Source: an uncultured Chloroflexia bacterium (GTDB lineage: Bacteria; Chloroflexota; Limnocylindria; Limnocylindrales; CSP1-4). From it: 64,000 nt of DNA. A program made the translations under genes and the position numbers. The stretch lies in the NCBI GenBank assembly GCA_963829155.1, contig CAWHIA010000006.1:179161-243160 (forward strand). The letters run 5' to 3'. This document shows, piece after piece, positions 29,311 through 39,970 of the stretch. How positions within the stretch are numbered: the first letter of the stretch is position 1; each line of letters starts with the position of its first letter. Under the pieces are notes generated by a model. It was not told the DNA's origin and ran no database searches. It saw nothing but the letters and a program-made list of their open reading frames with translations.

Positions 29311-29502
29311 CTAGCCTTCGGGCGGAGGCGCGCCGAGCCAACATCGGCGCTCCGCGACGTGTTCGGCGCCCAGCAGCTCATCGATCGGCTCGCGGGGGAC
29401 GAACCCGCGGGCCGCGTACCAGGCGTCGTTGGCGATCGCCGGACCGCCGGAGCCGGTCGCGCGGCGCACGCGGATAGGCGGCCTGGCGGCGGGGACGGGC
29501 AC
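29311..29502 (-). CDS. Short ORF, possibly an internally deleted GNAT acetyltransferase remnant
   Basis: IRVRRAT start and WYAARGF resemble the two ends of a GNAT, with the core missing; directly follows the DUF1992 gene. Confidence 0.3.
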   Translation of the reverse strand: MPVPAARPPIRVRRATGSGGPAIANDAWYAARGFVPREPIDELLGAEHVAERRCWLGAPPPEG

Positions 29503-29505
29503 GGG

Positions 29506-29988
29506 TCAGCGGGACGCGGCGGCGTCGAGGCGATCGAGCTCGGCGGCGAGGTCGAGCGGACGGCGGTGCTGGCGATCGGTAGGCGCCTCGGCGTTGAGCC
29601 GCGCGATGGCCGCGTTGACCTGGTGCACCAGGCGTTCGAGCGTCGTCCGATCGGATCGGCTGGCAGCGGGCCGGGACGTCGGGGATGCCGCCACCCGCGC
29701 GAGCACGGCGTCCCGCTGGGCCAGGAGCCGGCGGAATTCCTTGTCGGCCTCGATCCAGGGCGGCGCGGCGCCCGCGTTGCGCAGCATCCGGAACGCCATC
29801 GCCCAGTCGCCCGCGTACGCGTCGTCGTCCTTCGGGAGTGGGCGTCCCTGGTGCGGGAGATCGTCGAACTGGCCTGCCTCCATTGCCTCGCGGAGCTGCC
29901 GCTCGACGAGGCTCTCCCACGTTGGCGCGACCATCCGGCGACCGTCGGGCGTGCGATGTGTGGCGGGCCGGCGATCGGACTGGGCCAT
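29506..29988 (-). CDS. DUF1992 (DnaJC28-like) domain protein
   Basis: ESLVERQLREAMEAGQFDDLPHQGRPL...LRNAGAAPPWIE. Confidence 0.85.
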   Translation of the reverse strand: MAQSDRRPATHRTPDGRRMVAPTWESLVERQLREAMEAGQFDDLPHQGRPLPKDDDAYAGDWAMAFRMLRNAGAAPPWIEADKEFRRLLAQRDAVLARVAASPTSRPAASRSDRTTLERLVHQVNAAIARLNAEAPTDRQHRRPLDLAAELDRLDAAASR

Positions 29989-30118
29989 GCACGAACGATA
30001 GCGGGACCGGACCGTCGGATGCATCGGGACAGTACGAAGGCGGCATGCCACCCCCTCGCTATTCGCCCCGGGCGTTCGGTATGGTCGTCGGGGACGGGGG
30101 CGGTCCGAGGGAGCACGG

Positions 30119-31420
30119 TTGGCAGTCGCCATCAGGGTCGTTGGGCAGGCGTCGAGGCGCGGGCTGATTCCGCGTGTGCCGGCGCCCGACAAGCTGCTCG
30201 CGGACGCCAGCGAGTGGATCTCCGGCGAGTACAGCCAGTTCGTCCGTTCCGCGAGGGTCCAGGCGACCGCGGGCTGCCCGGAGCTCGTGCTCGGCCTCCA
30301 CCCGGCCGCCGAGCCGGTGACGATCACGGCCGACGACGAAGGACGCGTCGAAGCCTCCGCCGACACCTCCAACGCCGGCCCCGGCTACCACACCTACGTC
30401 GGCCGCGTCCTCGACCGCGTCGCCGACGAGATCGGCGTCGTCTGGTCCCACGACCACGACCCGCGCCCGGTCGGAGCGCCCGCACCGTGGATCGGCAGCA
30501 AGCAGCCACTGGCCGGCCGTGCCGCGGTCGAGCGTGAGCACCTCGAGGTCCTCGAGCGGCTGATCGGGCGGGCGTACGAGCAGCGGCGACGTGGCCTCCC
30601 CGACGTCCAGGTCGGGACGCTGCCCGGGTCACAGTTCGAGACCGACGGCGCGATCGCGACGCCGCTCGGGCCCCGGGACGACGCCTGGCTCGACCGGGCC
30701 TCGAAGGACGCCTGGGCCGCGTCCGATATCCGGCCCTGGTGGTTCGACGCGACCGACGCCCGCTACCTGCTCAACCGGGCGCTGGTGATCCTGTGGACCG
30801 AGATCCGCTGGCGCCCGCCCGCCGACGAACCCGAGCGCGCGGCGATGGATGAGGCGCTTGGCCTCCTGCGGCGCGCCCTGCCCAGCGACGCCTCGCTCGC
30901 CTACCCGTGGCGGGAATGGGCCGAGCTCATCAGGCTGAGAGCGATGCCCGATCCGATCGCCGAGCGGGTCTTCCGGCAGGCGGAGCGGGTCGACAAGGCA
31001 CTTCCCCTCATCGGCTACCGGCGGCGGCCGGTGACCGTGGCCCACGAGGGCTGGCAGGTCCGGGTCCCCGGCTCGTTCGGGGAACAGCGGACGCCGGAGG
31101 AGTGGCGCGGCGGCGAGCGCGGCCGTCGAGTGACGCTCGCGGCGACGACGACCCAGACCACCAACGGGATGCCGATGTCGGCCGACCGGTTCCTGACCAC
31201 GGTCGCGGGAGACCTCGGCGAGGGCGTGCTCCGCCACGAGGACGGCGAGCTGAACGGCCGCGCGCGCGTCACCTCGGATTCGAGCTCGGGGCTCGAGGTC
31301 GCGGTGCTCGAGGGCTTCTCGGCCGTGAGCGGGAGCGGCGCCGCGGTGCGGGTCGAGTTCGAGCACTCCGGCGACTGGGAGTGGGCCGTCGGCCTGTGGA
31401 GGTCGCTCCGCCCCGCCTGA
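30119..31420 (+). CDS. Hypothetical protein (433 aa)
   Basis: GAGGGAG RBS before TTG; coding-like codon bias; no family recognised. Confidence 0.75.
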   Translation: MAVAIRVVGQASRRGLIPRVPAPDKLLADASEWISGEYSQFVRSARVQATAGCPELVLGLHPAAEPVTITADDEGRVEASADTSNAGPGYHTYVGRVLDRVADEIGVVWSHDHDPRPVGAPAPWIGSKQPLAGRAAVEREHLEVLERLIGRAYEQRRRGLPDVQVGTLPGSQFETDGAIATPLGPRDDAWLDRASKDAWAASDIRPWWFDATDARYLLNRALVILWTEIRWRPPADEPERAAMDEALGLLRRALPSDASLAYPWREWAELIRLRAMPDPIAERVFRQAERVDKALPLIGYRRRPVTVAHEGWQVRVPGSFGEQRTPEEWRGGERGRRVTLAATTTQTTNGMPMSADRFLTTVAGDLGEGVLRHEDGELNGRARVTSDSSSGLEVAVLEGFSAVSGSGAAVRVEFEHSGDWEWAVGLWRSLRPA

Positions 31421-31470
31421 GCGCATCGTGACGCCCGAGCTGGCACTTGCCAGGGCTACAGTGGTCCTCG

Positions 31471-34400
31471 GTGCAGCTCCACGAAGACGGGACGCTCGTC
31501 GTCTCCGCTACCGATCTCGTCGGCTTCCTCGAGTGCGACCACCTCGTCACGCTCGAGCAACTTCGCGCGCTCGGCCAGATCGAGAAGCCGTTCCGGGACG
31601 ATCCCGAGCTCGAGCTCGTCCGCCGGCGCGGTTACGACCACGAGCGCCGGTACATCGAGATGCTCGAAGCCGGCGGCCGGACGGTCATCGAGATGCAGCT
31701 TCGGGACCCGAAGACGCCGGCCGACCTGCGCGCGTCAGAGGCCGAGACGCTCAAGGCGATGCGTGACGGCGTCGACGTCATCTTTCAGGGCACATTCTTC
31801 GACGGGCGCTGGCGTGGCCATCCTGACTTCCTCGTCCGGCGCGACGACCGGCCGAGCGGCCTCGGCGAGTGGAGCTACGACGTCGCCGACACGAAGCTCG
31901 CGAAGCGGGTCAAGGCGGCGGCCATCCTCCAGATGTGCGTGTATGCCGACCTCCTCGAGCGCCTCCAGGGCCTCCCGCCGGAGACGATCTCGGTGGTGAC
32001 CGGCGACCGCGCGTCGCACCAGCATCGGCTCGACGACTATGCGGCCTACTACCGGTTCGCGAAGCGGCGCTTCGAGGACCGCGTCTTCCCCTCCGCCGCG
32101 TCCGGATCGCCGTTGGCGCCGCCGACCGACACCTATCCCGAGCCCGTCGACCATTGCCGCGTCTGCTCGTGGTGGCAGCTGTGCATGGACCGTCGTCGCG
32201 CCGACGACCACCTCTCGATCGTCGCCGGCGCCGCGAAGACCCAGCGGCGGCATCTTGTTGAGGCCGGCGTGCCGACACTCGCGGCGCTCGGGCGGCTGCC
32301 CGCGGACCGGCGCGTCCGGGACATGCAGCCGCGCATCCTCGAGCGACTGCGGCGACAGGCGGCGCTCCAGCTCGAGAAGCGCACCGATGGCGTCGACCGC
32401 TACGAGCTCATCCCGCCCAACCCCGACGAACCCGGCAAGGGCCTCGCCGCACTGCCGCCGCCGTCGCGCCTGGACGTCTTCTTCGACATTGAGGCCGATC
32501 CCTGGGCCCTCAACGACGGCCTCGAGTACCTGTTCGGGTGGACCGAGGTCGCGCCCGACGGCAGCCGCCCGTTCCACGCCCTCTGGGCACACGACCGCGA
32601 GCAGGAGAAGGCCATGCTCGAGGCGTTCGTGGACCTGGTGATGGACCGCATCGAGCGCGATCCCAGGATGCACGTCTACCACTACGGCGGCTACGAGTCC
32701 GGGGCGCTCAAGCGCCTGATGCAGCGGCATGCGACTCGCGAGGACGAGATCGACGAGCTGCTGCGCGGCAGGGTCCTGGTCAACCTCTACGACCATGTCG
32801 TGCGACCGGGCATCCGCGCGAGCGTCGAGAGCTACTCGATCAAGAAGCTCGAGACCTTCTACATGCCGCATCGAGAAGGTGGCATCACGCAAGCCGGCTT
32901 CTCGGTCGTTGAGTACGAGCGCTGGATGGAGGAGGGCGACCCGGCCATCCTCCAGGCGATCGCCGCCTACAACCGCGACGACTGCATCTCGAACCTGCTG
33001 CTGCGAGACTGGCTCGAAGAGCGCCGAGCCGAAGCGCTCGCGACACATCCCGAGTGGTATCCCGACGGCGAGGTGCCACGACCCGGACTCGTGGATGGTG
33101 AGCCGCCGGCGGAGCTGGCGGCGCAGCAGGCCGAGACGCGGGCCCGCGAGGACGCGCTCAGGGACGGGGTGCCTGTCGACCGCGCGTTGCGCGACGACGA
33201 CCAACAGGGGCGCTGGCTGCTCGCGGCGCTGCTCGACTGGAACCGCCGAGAGGCGAAGCCGCAATGGTGGGATCACTTCCGGCTGGCCGAGGCCTCGCTC
33301 GAGGAGCTGGTCGCCGACCCGGCGGCGCTTGGCGAGATCACGTTTGAGGCGGATCTCGGTGCGTCGAACCGATCGCGGCTCCACCGGTTCCGGTTCGATC
33401 CCGCGCAGGAATCGAAGGTCGTGGAGGGCAAGTCGCTGATCGCCCTGGCGCCGGGCCCCGGCGGCTGGGTGCAGTCCGGCGTCACCGTGATCGCGTTTGA
33501 CCCCTTGGCCGGCACGATCGACCTCAAGCGCAACCCCGGCAACGCGCACCCATCGGCGTTGATTCCGACGAAGCCGTTCGGCACGGAGCCCATGCGCAGC
33601 GCCCTCGGGCGGCTCGCGGACCATGTGATCGCGAACGGGCTCGATGGCCCGGGCCGGTTCCGGGCGGCCCGCGACCTGATCCTGCGGGCGCCGCCTCGGA
33701 TCGAGGGCGTCCTGCCCGGATCGGTGCTCTCCGGCGGCGACGAGGATCAGACCGACGTCGCCCGGAGGCTGGGCCTTGGCCTCCGCTCCACGGTGCTCGC
33801 GTTGCAGGGGCCGCCGGGGACGGGCAAGACGTACACGGCGGCGCGGATGATCCTCGACCTGGTCGCGAACGGCCGCCGGGTCGGGGTTACGGCGCAGTCA
33901 CACCGGGTGATCGCCAACCTGCTTGAGGCGATCCGCGATGCAGCCCGCGAGGAGGGGGCCTCACTCCGCATCGCGCAGAAGGCGGACGCCGATGATGGGC
34001 CGCCGGGCGACGAGATCGCCCGCATCCCGACGCCGGACGCCGCTCGAGATGGCCTGGCCGCCCGGACGTGGGACGTGGTCGGTGCGACCTCCTGGCAATG
34101 GGCGCGCGAGGACATGGAGGGCTCCATCGACGTCCTGTTCGTCGACGAGGCCGGCCAACTGTCGCTCGCGACCGTGTGTGCTGTGGCTGGAGCGGCCGAT
34201 TCGGTCGTCCTGCTCGGCGACCCGAACCAGCTGCCCCAGGTGTCGCAGGGCTCGCATCCGGAAGGGGCCGCGGTCTCGGCGCTCGAGCACCTCGTCGGGG
34301 AGGCGAAGACGATCGCGCCGGAGCGCGGGCTGCTGCTCGCGACAACGTACCGCCTGCATCCCGATGTCAACGCCTACGTCTCCGACGCGTTCTACGAGGG

Positions 34401-35100
34401 CCGGCTCGTGCCGGCGCCGGGAAACGAGCTGCAGGACCTCGCGCCCGGCGAGCCGGTCGGCGGGACGGGGATCCGCCACGTGCCGATCGCGACCGAGGGG
34501 GCCGGCAACCGCTCGCGGGTCGAGGCGGACTGGATCGCGGCGGCGATCGGGCGCCTCGAGGGCCGGCGCTGGCGCGACCGCAAGGGACTGGAGCGACCGC
34601 TGACCGTCGAGGACGTCCTGGTGGTGGCCCCCTACAACGCCCAGGTGGCCGAGATCGCACGTGCCGGGAGCGACCGCCTCGGGCGCCGGCCCAACGTCGG
34701 AACCGTCGACAAGTTCCAAGGCCGCGAGGCGCCGGTCGCCATCTACTCGATGACGACGTCCACACCAGACGACGCGCCGCGCGACCTCGAGTTTCTATAC
34801 TCCGCGAACCGCCTCAACGTCGCGGTCTCCCGGGCGAGAGGCCTGGCCGTCGTCCTGGCCAGCCCCGCCCTGCTGCGCGTCGCGTGCAAGACGCCGGAGC
34901 AGATGCGGCTCGTCAACGCCCTGTGCCGGCTTGTCGAGGTGGCGGCCGAACAGGTCACAGGCGCGCAGGCCCCGGCACGGGCCCATGCCACCGAGCCGGC
35001 GTCCACGGGCGGCGATCCGACGGTCAACGGGCACGTGGCAGAGCTCCTGCTGTTCCCCGACCTCGGCCCGGCAGAGCGGCGTCGCGCATCGGACCGCTGA
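31471..35100 (+). CDS. TM0106-family RecB-like nuclease / RNase H-like / Upf1-type SF1 helicase fusion
   Basis: SATDL...C; GHPDFL...DTKLAK (PD-(D/E)xK); FFDIE...YNRDDC; QGPPGTGKT, VDEAGQ, GDPNQL, TVDKFQGRE, NRLNVAVSRA. Confidence 0.92.
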   Translation: MQLHEDGTLVVSATDLVGFLECDHLVTLEQLRALGQIEKPFRDDPELELVRRRGYDHERRYIEMLEAGGRTVIEMQLRDPKTPADLRASEAETLKAMRDGVDVIFQGTFFDGRWRGHPDFLVRRDDRPSGLGEWSYDVADTKLAKRVKAAAILQMCVYADLLERLQGLPPETISVVTGDRASHQHRLDDYAAYYRFAKRRFEDRVFPSAASGSPLAPPTDTYPEPVDHCRVCSWWQLCMDRRRADDHLSIVAGAAKTQRRHLVEAGVPTLAALGRLPADRRVRDMQPRILERLRRQAALQLEKRTDGVDRYELIPPNPDEPGKGLAALPPPSRLDVFFDIEADPWALNDGLEYLFGWTEVAPDGSRPFHALWAHDREQEKAMLEAFVDLVMDRIERDPRMHVYHYGGYESGALKRLMQRHATREDEIDELLRGRVLVNLYDHVVRPGIRASVESYSIKKLETFYMPHREGGITQAGFSVVEYERWMEEGDPAILQAIAAYNRDDCISNLLLRDWLEERRAEALATHPEWYPDGEVPRPGLVDGEPPAELAAQQAETRAREDALRDGVPVDRALRDDDQQGRWLLAALLDWNRREAKPQWWDHFRLAEASLEELVADPAALGEITFEADLGASNRSRLHRFRFDPAQESKVVEGKSLIALAPGPGGWVQSGVTVIAFDPLAGTIDLKRNPGNAHPSALIPTKPFGTEPMRSALGRLADHVIANGLDGPGRFRAARDLILRAPPRIEGVLPGSVLSGGDEDQTDVARRLGLGLRSTVLALQGPPGTGKTYTAARMILDLVANGRRVGVTAQSHRVIANLLEAIRDAAREEGASLRIAQKADADDGPPGDEIARIPTPDAARDGLAARTWDVVGATSWQWAREDMEGSIDVLFVDEAGQLSLATVCAVAGAADSVVLLGDPNQLPQVSQGSHPEGAAVSALEHLVGEAKTIAPERGLLLATTYRLHPDVNAYVSDAFYEGRLVPAPGNELQDLAPGEPVGGTGIRHVPIATEGAGNRSRVEADWIAAAIGRLEGRRWRDRKGLERPLTVEDVLVVAPYNAQVAEIARAGSDRLGRRPNVGTVDKFQGREAPVAIYSMTTSTPDDAPRDLEFLYSANRLNVAVSRARGLAVVLASPALLRVACKTPEQMRLVNALCRLVEVAAEQVTGAQAPARAHATEPASTGGDPTVNGHVAELLLFPDLGPAERRRASDR

Positions 35101-35136
35101 GGCCCGCGTGACGGCCGCTGCCGTATCGTCAGGTTC

Positions 35137-36423
35137 ATGAACCGCCCCGCCGGTGCCGAGCTCGAGGTCGCCCGGCGGCGGGTCCGGAACGTGCTCGTCG
35201 CGGGGGTCGCGCTGGGCAGCACGGGGCACATCGCCGCCGTCACCGTCGCGACGATCGTCGCGCGCCAGATGCTCGGATCGCAGGCGCTGGCGGGACTGCC
35301 GGGCGCCACCGTCGTGCTCGGTGCCGCGATGGGCTCCGTGCTGCTGTCGGGCCTCATGGCCCGGAGCGGTCGTCGGCGCGCCGGCCTCACCACCGGCTAC
35401 GGCCTCGGCGTGGTGGGCGCCCTGATCGCCACCGCGGCCGTGCTGTCGAGCTCGTTCCCGCTTTTGCTGGCCGGCACGCTCCTGATCGGCTTCGGCAACA
35501 GCTCCAACCAGCTCTCGCGCTACGCGGCCGGCGACATGGTCCCGACCGATCGCCGGGCCTCCGCGATCAGCATCGTGGTCTGGGGCGCGACCATCGGGTC
35601 CGTCATCGGGCCGGCGATGGTCCCGATCTCGGGCGACCTCGCGGTCCAGGCGGGCCTGCCCGAGCTGGCCGGTCCGTACCTCGTCCCGATCGTGTTCGTC
35701 GGCCTCGCCGCGATCCTGACCTTCGTCCTGCTCCGGCCCGACCCGTACGAGCTCGCGGACGAGGCCTCGCGCCTCGCGACCGGCGACGACCCGGGCCCGA
35801 GCGTCGGCCCGATCCGGGAGATCCTGCGCCGCCCGGGCGTCGCGGCGGCCATCATCGCGCTCGTCGTCGGCCAGCTCGTGATGGTCCTGATCATGACGAT
35901 GACGCCGCTCCACATGACCGAGCACGGGCACGACCTGACCGCCGTGGGCATCGTCCTGTCGGCGCACACGCTGGGGATGTTCGCGCTGTCGCCCGTCTCG
36001 GGGCGGCTGACCGACCGCTTCGGCGCGGTGCCGACGATCTTCGCCGGGACCGTGGTGCTGGCCACCGCCTCCCTGCTGGCCGCGGCGGCACCCGCCGAGG
36101 GCGGCATCGTCCTGCTGCTGGCGCTGTTCCTGCTCGGCTGGGGCTGGAACCTCGGGTTCGTGGCCGGCAGCGCGATGCTCTCGCAGCACCTCGAGCTGCA
36201 CGAGCGGACCCGTGTGCAGGGCCTCGCCGACGCGCTGATCTGGAGCTCGAGCGCGGCGGCCAGCCTCGGCTCGGGGCTGATCATGGCCGCGGTCGGCTAC
36301 ACGGCCCTGGGCATCCTCGGCGCCGGCATGGTGGTGATCCCTGTGCTCGCCCTGCGCGCCCAGCGCCGCGCCGCGGTGCGCGCGGCGGACGTGGCCGGCG
36401 GGATCGACATCGTCGCCTCGTAG
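35137..36423 (+). CDS. MFS transporter
   Basis: About 12 TMs; QLSRYAAGD, MTMTPLHM, GRLTDRFG. Confidence 0.9.
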   Translation: MNRPAGAELEVARRRVRNVLVAGVALGSTGHIAAVTVATIVARQMLGSQALAGLPGATVVLGAAMGSVLLSGLMARSGRRRAGLTTGYGLGVVGALIATAAVLSSSFPLLLAGTLLIGFGNSSNQLSRYAAGDMVPTDRRASAISIVVWGATIGSVIGPAMVPISGDLAVQAGLPELAGPYLVPIVFVGLAAILTFVLLRPDPYELADEASRLATGDDPGPSVGPIREILRRPGVAAAIIALVVGQLVMVLIMTMTPLHMTEHGHDLTAVGIVLSAHTLGMFALSPVSGRLTDRFGAVPTIFAGTVVLATASLLAAAAPAEGGIVLLLALFLLGWGWNLGFVAGSAMLSQHLELHERTRVQGLADALIWSSSAAASLGSGLIMAAVGYTALGILGAGMVVIPVLALRAQRRAAVRAADVAGGIDIVAS

Positions 36424-36429
36424 GAACGT

Positions 36430-37707
36430 TTAGCCCGGGCCGATCTCCGCGCAGACCCAGGTCGCCAGCACCCGGGCGCACGCCTCGACCTCGTCCAGGG
36501 GCACCGACTCGTCGGCTGCGTGCGCCAGCCCGACGTCGCCTGGGCCGAAGACCACGCAGGGCGTCGCGCCGACCCCGATGAACAGCCGCATGTCGCAGCC
36601 GTAGGGCACGCCGATCGCCCGTGGTGCGCGGCGGGTCGCGCGCCGGCTCGCCGCGGACAGGCCCGTCACGAGGCGGTGGCCGGCGGGCACCGACGAGGAC
36701 GCGAACCGGGCCCCGGTGATCTCGACCGTCGCGGGATGGTCGCGCAGGAACGGGTCGGCGGCGCAGGCCGCCTTGATGCACGCCCGCAGCTCGTCGGCGG
36801 CGGCCTCGGGCGTCTGCCCGAGGCGCACCCCGTAGCGGCCGTCCGCGGTGATCCGGTCCATCACCGTCGAGGCCCACTCGCCGCCGGCGACGATGCCGAT
36901 GATGGTCGGGTACGGCAGGCCGATGTCGGTCATCAGGGGGTCGGTCTCGGCGGCGTTGCGGTCCGCCTCGTCGGCCTCGAGCGCCTGCACGAGCGTCTGG
37001 AGGTTCGCCAGCGCGGACACGCCCTCGGTCCGGCGGCTCGCGTGGGCGGCGCGCCCGGGCACCGTCAGCTGGAACGTGATCGCGCCGGCATGGGCGACGA
37101 CGATGTCGAGGCCCGAGGGTTCGGTGATGATCGCGAGGTCGCCCGTCGCCCCGGCCCGGATCGCCGCGAGGGTGCCCTGCCCGCCATCCTCCTCCGATGG
37201 CACGAGCGCCACCACGAGCTCGCCGGCGAGCGCGTCGAGCGTCCCCGCGTCGCGCAGGGCGCGGATGGCGCCCAGGATCGCGGCCACGCCGCCCTTCATG
37301 TCGCAGGCACCGCGCCCGAACAGGCGGCCGTCGCGGACCTCGGCCGACCACGGGTCGACCGTCCAGGTCGCGGGATCGCCGGGCGGCACCACGTCCACGT
37401 GGCCCGACAGCACGAGTCGGCGTCCGCCCGTGGACCCGACGCGACCGATCACGACCGGGAGCCTCGAGCGAGGCACCTCCTCGCCCGGCCAGTCCTGGTC
37501 GTCGCGGATCGCCGCCGGGTCGGGGTGGAACACCTCCACCGCGAGGCCGAGCGACTCCAACCGATCGGCCAGGTTCGCGGCGATGGCGTCCTCGTCACCG
37601 GTGATGCTGGGAATCCGGACGAGATCCTCGAGGTCACGACGGAGGGCGGCGCCGTCGATGGCGGGCACCCTCACCGCGCGACCGGCGGCGGATCCCACCG
37701 CGCTCAC
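36430..37707 (-). CDS. M20 ArgE/DapE-family deacylase
   Basis: SGHVDVVP, GRGACDMKGG, SEEDGG, TEP, GRAAHA, AHAADE; GTG overlaps the upstream stop. Confidence 0.9.
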   Translation of the reverse strand: MSAVGSAAGRAVRVPAIDGAALRRDLEDLVRIPSITGDEDAIAANLADRLESLGLAVEVFHPDPAAIRDDQDWPGEEVPRSRLPVVIGRVGSTGGRRLVLSGHVDVVPPGDPATWTVDPWSAEVRDGRLFGRGACDMKGGVAAILGAIRALRDAGTLDALAGELVVALVPSEEDGGQGTLAAIRAGATGDLAIITEPSGLDIVVAHAGAITFQLTVPGRAAHASRRTEGVSALANLQTLVQALEADEADRNAAETDPLMTDIGLPYPTIIGIVAGGEWASTVMDRITADGRYGVRLGQTPEAAADELRACIKAACAADPFLRDHPATVEITGARFASSSVPAGHRLVTGLSAASRRATRRAPRAIGVPYGCDMRLFIGVGATPCVVFGPGDVGLAHAADESVPLDEVEACARVLATWVCAEIGPG

Positions 37708-38576
37708 CCGCGAAGGATCGGCCGCGTCAGGCAGGTCACGCCTCCGGAGCCGTTCTCGCCCACCTCGCCGAGCGGGATCGCGTGCACCTCGCAGCCGGCC
37801 GCATCGAGCGCGCGTCGCGTGCCGTCGTTGCCCTGCGCGACGACCACGACCCCGGGCCGGACCGCCAGCACGTTGCAGGCGAGCGTCGGGTACTCCGCCT
37901 CGGGCACCTCGACCAGCCGCACCCCGAGGTCGGCCAGGAGCGCGAAGAGGCCGGCGGGCAGCAGCGGCAGGAACACGACCGCCACGTCGTCGGCGACCGG
38001 CGAGATGACCGACAGCAGGTGGACGAGCTCGGCCGGTCCCCTCCAGTACGGGACGTCGAACACGCGGACGTCGCCGCCGACGATCGAGGCGAGCTGGCGG
38101 GCGCCGGCATCGTTGGTCCGCAGCGTCCGCCCGATGCACAGGAGGTCGGGGCGAAGCCAGAACGTGTCGCCGCCCTCAACGGTGCCGGGCGCCTCGATGC
38201 GGCCGAGCGTCGGGATGCCCGCGGCGAGCGTCCACCGCTCGAGCACGGCGGGCTCACCCGCGCGGTTGGCCTTGCCCGGCCGGAGCGGGATGGCGCCGCC
38301 GTCGGCGACCAGCAGCGGGTCGAAGACGTAGACGAGGTCCGGGTCGTCGTCGGCCTCGGTGTCGAGGACGCGGACGGCGACCCCCAGCCGTTCGAGGATC
38401 GAGACGAGGCCGTCGTGCTGGCGGCGCGCGAGATCGAGGTCGACGGGCCGCAAGAAGCCGCAGCCCTCGACGTCGAACGCCCGCCCGAAGGCCGGTCCGG
38501 GCGCCTTGACCAGGACTTCGCGCAGGGGCGCCGTCATGCTCTGCGCGCCGAAGGTTCGGTTGGTCACGGAGGTCAT
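37704..38576 (-). CDS. Amidinotransferase / DDAH-like guanidino-modifying enzyme
   Basis: YVFDP, RAGE, VEGGD, RTN, VHLLS, GGVTCLTRP (catalytic Cys). Confidence 0.88.
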   Translation of the reverse strand: MTSVTNRTFGAQSMTAPLREVLVKAPGPAFGRAFDVEGCGFLRPVDLDLARRQHDGLVSILERLGVAVRVLDTEADDDPDLVYVFDPLLVADGGAIPLRPGKANRAGEPAVLERWTLAAGIPTLGRIEAPGTVEGGDTFWLRPDLLCIGRTLRTNDAGARQLASIVGGDVRVFDVPYWRGPAELVHLLSVISPVADDVAVVFLPLLPAGLFALLADLGVRLVEVPEAEYPTLACNVLAVRPGVVVVAQGNDGTRRALDAAGCEVHAIPLGEVGENGSGGVTCLTRPILRG

Positions 38577-38694
38577 CCCCACGCAGAATAAAGGCCCGGT
38601 TCGACGCTCGACGCCATTCGGGGCAGGATTCCCCGGGCGCCGGGCATGATCCGGGCGCCGTCGACACTCACCGCAGGGATGACGCTTTGTGACC

Positions 38695-39930
38695 ATGTCC
38701 ACCGCCGCCCGCGCGCCCCGCTCGCTGATCCGCACCGCCATCGTCGGCGGGGCGCTCGCCGCCGTCATGCTCGTCGGGCTCCTGCCCGCGCAGGCCTCGG
38801 CGCCGGCCGGGTTGCAGCCGCTCACCGACGGCACGGTGGCGCTCGCCGCGCCGTCCCCGTCGACGATCAGGCTGACGACGTTCATCGACACCGGCCTCAC
38901 GTCGCCGGTGCTGATCACCAGCGCCCACGACGGCACGGGTCGCCTGTTCGTCGTGCAGCAGAACGGCGTCATCAAGGCGTTCACCGGCGGCGGCTCGCCC
39001 CTGGGCACGCTGCTGGACGTCAAGAACCAGGTCACGCGCGGCGAGGAGCAGGGCCTCCTCGGCCTGGCGTTCCACCCCGACTTCGAGACCAACCGCAAGT
39101 TCTACGTCAACTTCACCAACAGGTCAGGCAACACGGTCATCCGCGAGTACAAGGCGTCGGCGTCGAACCCCAACCGCGTCGCGGCCGGGTCCGGCCGGAC
39201 GATCCTCAAGATCCACCAGCCGTTCTCGAACCACAACGGCGGCGACATCGTCTTCGGGCCGGGCGGCTACCTGTTCATCGGGATGGGCGACGGCGGCGCC
39301 GCGGGCGACCCGGGGAACCGCGCGCAGGACACCGGCAAGCTGCTGGGCAAGATGCTCCGGATCGACGTCAACGGCACGTCGGGCAGGAAGCACTACCGCA
39401 TCCCGGCGTCGAACCCCTATGTCGGGCGGTCCGGGCGCGACGAGATCTGGCTGCGCGGCCTCCGCAACCCGTGGCGCTACTCGTTCGACAAGGCGACCAA
39501 CCGCCTGTGGATCGGCGACGTCGGCCAAGGTCGGTACGAGGAGGTCGATCGCATCTCGACGTCCCAGAAGGGCGCCAACCTGGGCTGGCGACGGGTCGAG
39601 GGGTATGCCTGTTACAACCCGTCGCGCCACTGCCACAAGGCGGGCACGGTCAAGCCGATCGTCGCCTACAGGCACCCCGGCGGTCGCTGTGCGATCACGG
39701 GCGGCTACGTGTACCGCGGCTCGGACATCCCGGCGCTGAAGGGCTGGTACGTATTCGGCGACTTCTGCAGCGGTGAGATCTGGGCGGTGTCGTCGACGGC
39801 CGGGACGCACGCCAGCAAGGTCCTGCTGCGCAACACGCCCTACTCGATCAGCTCGTTCGGCGAGGACGCGGTCGGCGAGCTGTACGTCGTCGACCTGGCG
39901 GGCGCGATCTACCGGATCGACCACGGCTGA
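38695..39930 (+). CDS. Secreted PQQ-dependent sugar dehydrogenase (GSDH/sGDH beta-propeller)
   Basis: Signal peptide; EQGLLGLAFHPDF, NHNGG, GDGG, GKMLRID, GLRNPWR, ISSFGED. Confidence 0.9.
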   Translation: MSTAARAPRSLIRTAIVGGALAAVMLVGLLPAQASAPAGLQPLTDGTVALAAPSPSTIRLTTFIDTGLTSPVLITSAHDGTGRLFVVQQNGVIKAFTGGGSPLGTLLDVKNQVTRGEEQGLLGLAFHPDFETNRKFYVNFTNRSGNTVIREYKASASNPNRVAAGSGRTILKIHQPFSNHNGGDIVFGPGGYLFIGMGDGGAAGDPGNRAQDTGKLLGKMLRIDVNGTSGRKHYRIPASNPYVGRSGRDEIWLRGLRNPWRYSFDKATNRLWIGDVGQGRYEEVDRISTSQKGANLGWRRVEGYACYNPSRHCHKAGTVKPIVAYRHPGGRCAITGGYVYRGSDIPALKGWYVFGDFCSGEIWAVSSTAGTHASKVLLRNTPYSISSFGEDAVGELYVVDLAGAIYRIDHG

Positions 39931-39970
39931 TCCCGCCGCCCGGCTGGACGGGCGAGCCTAGACTTCCGGC

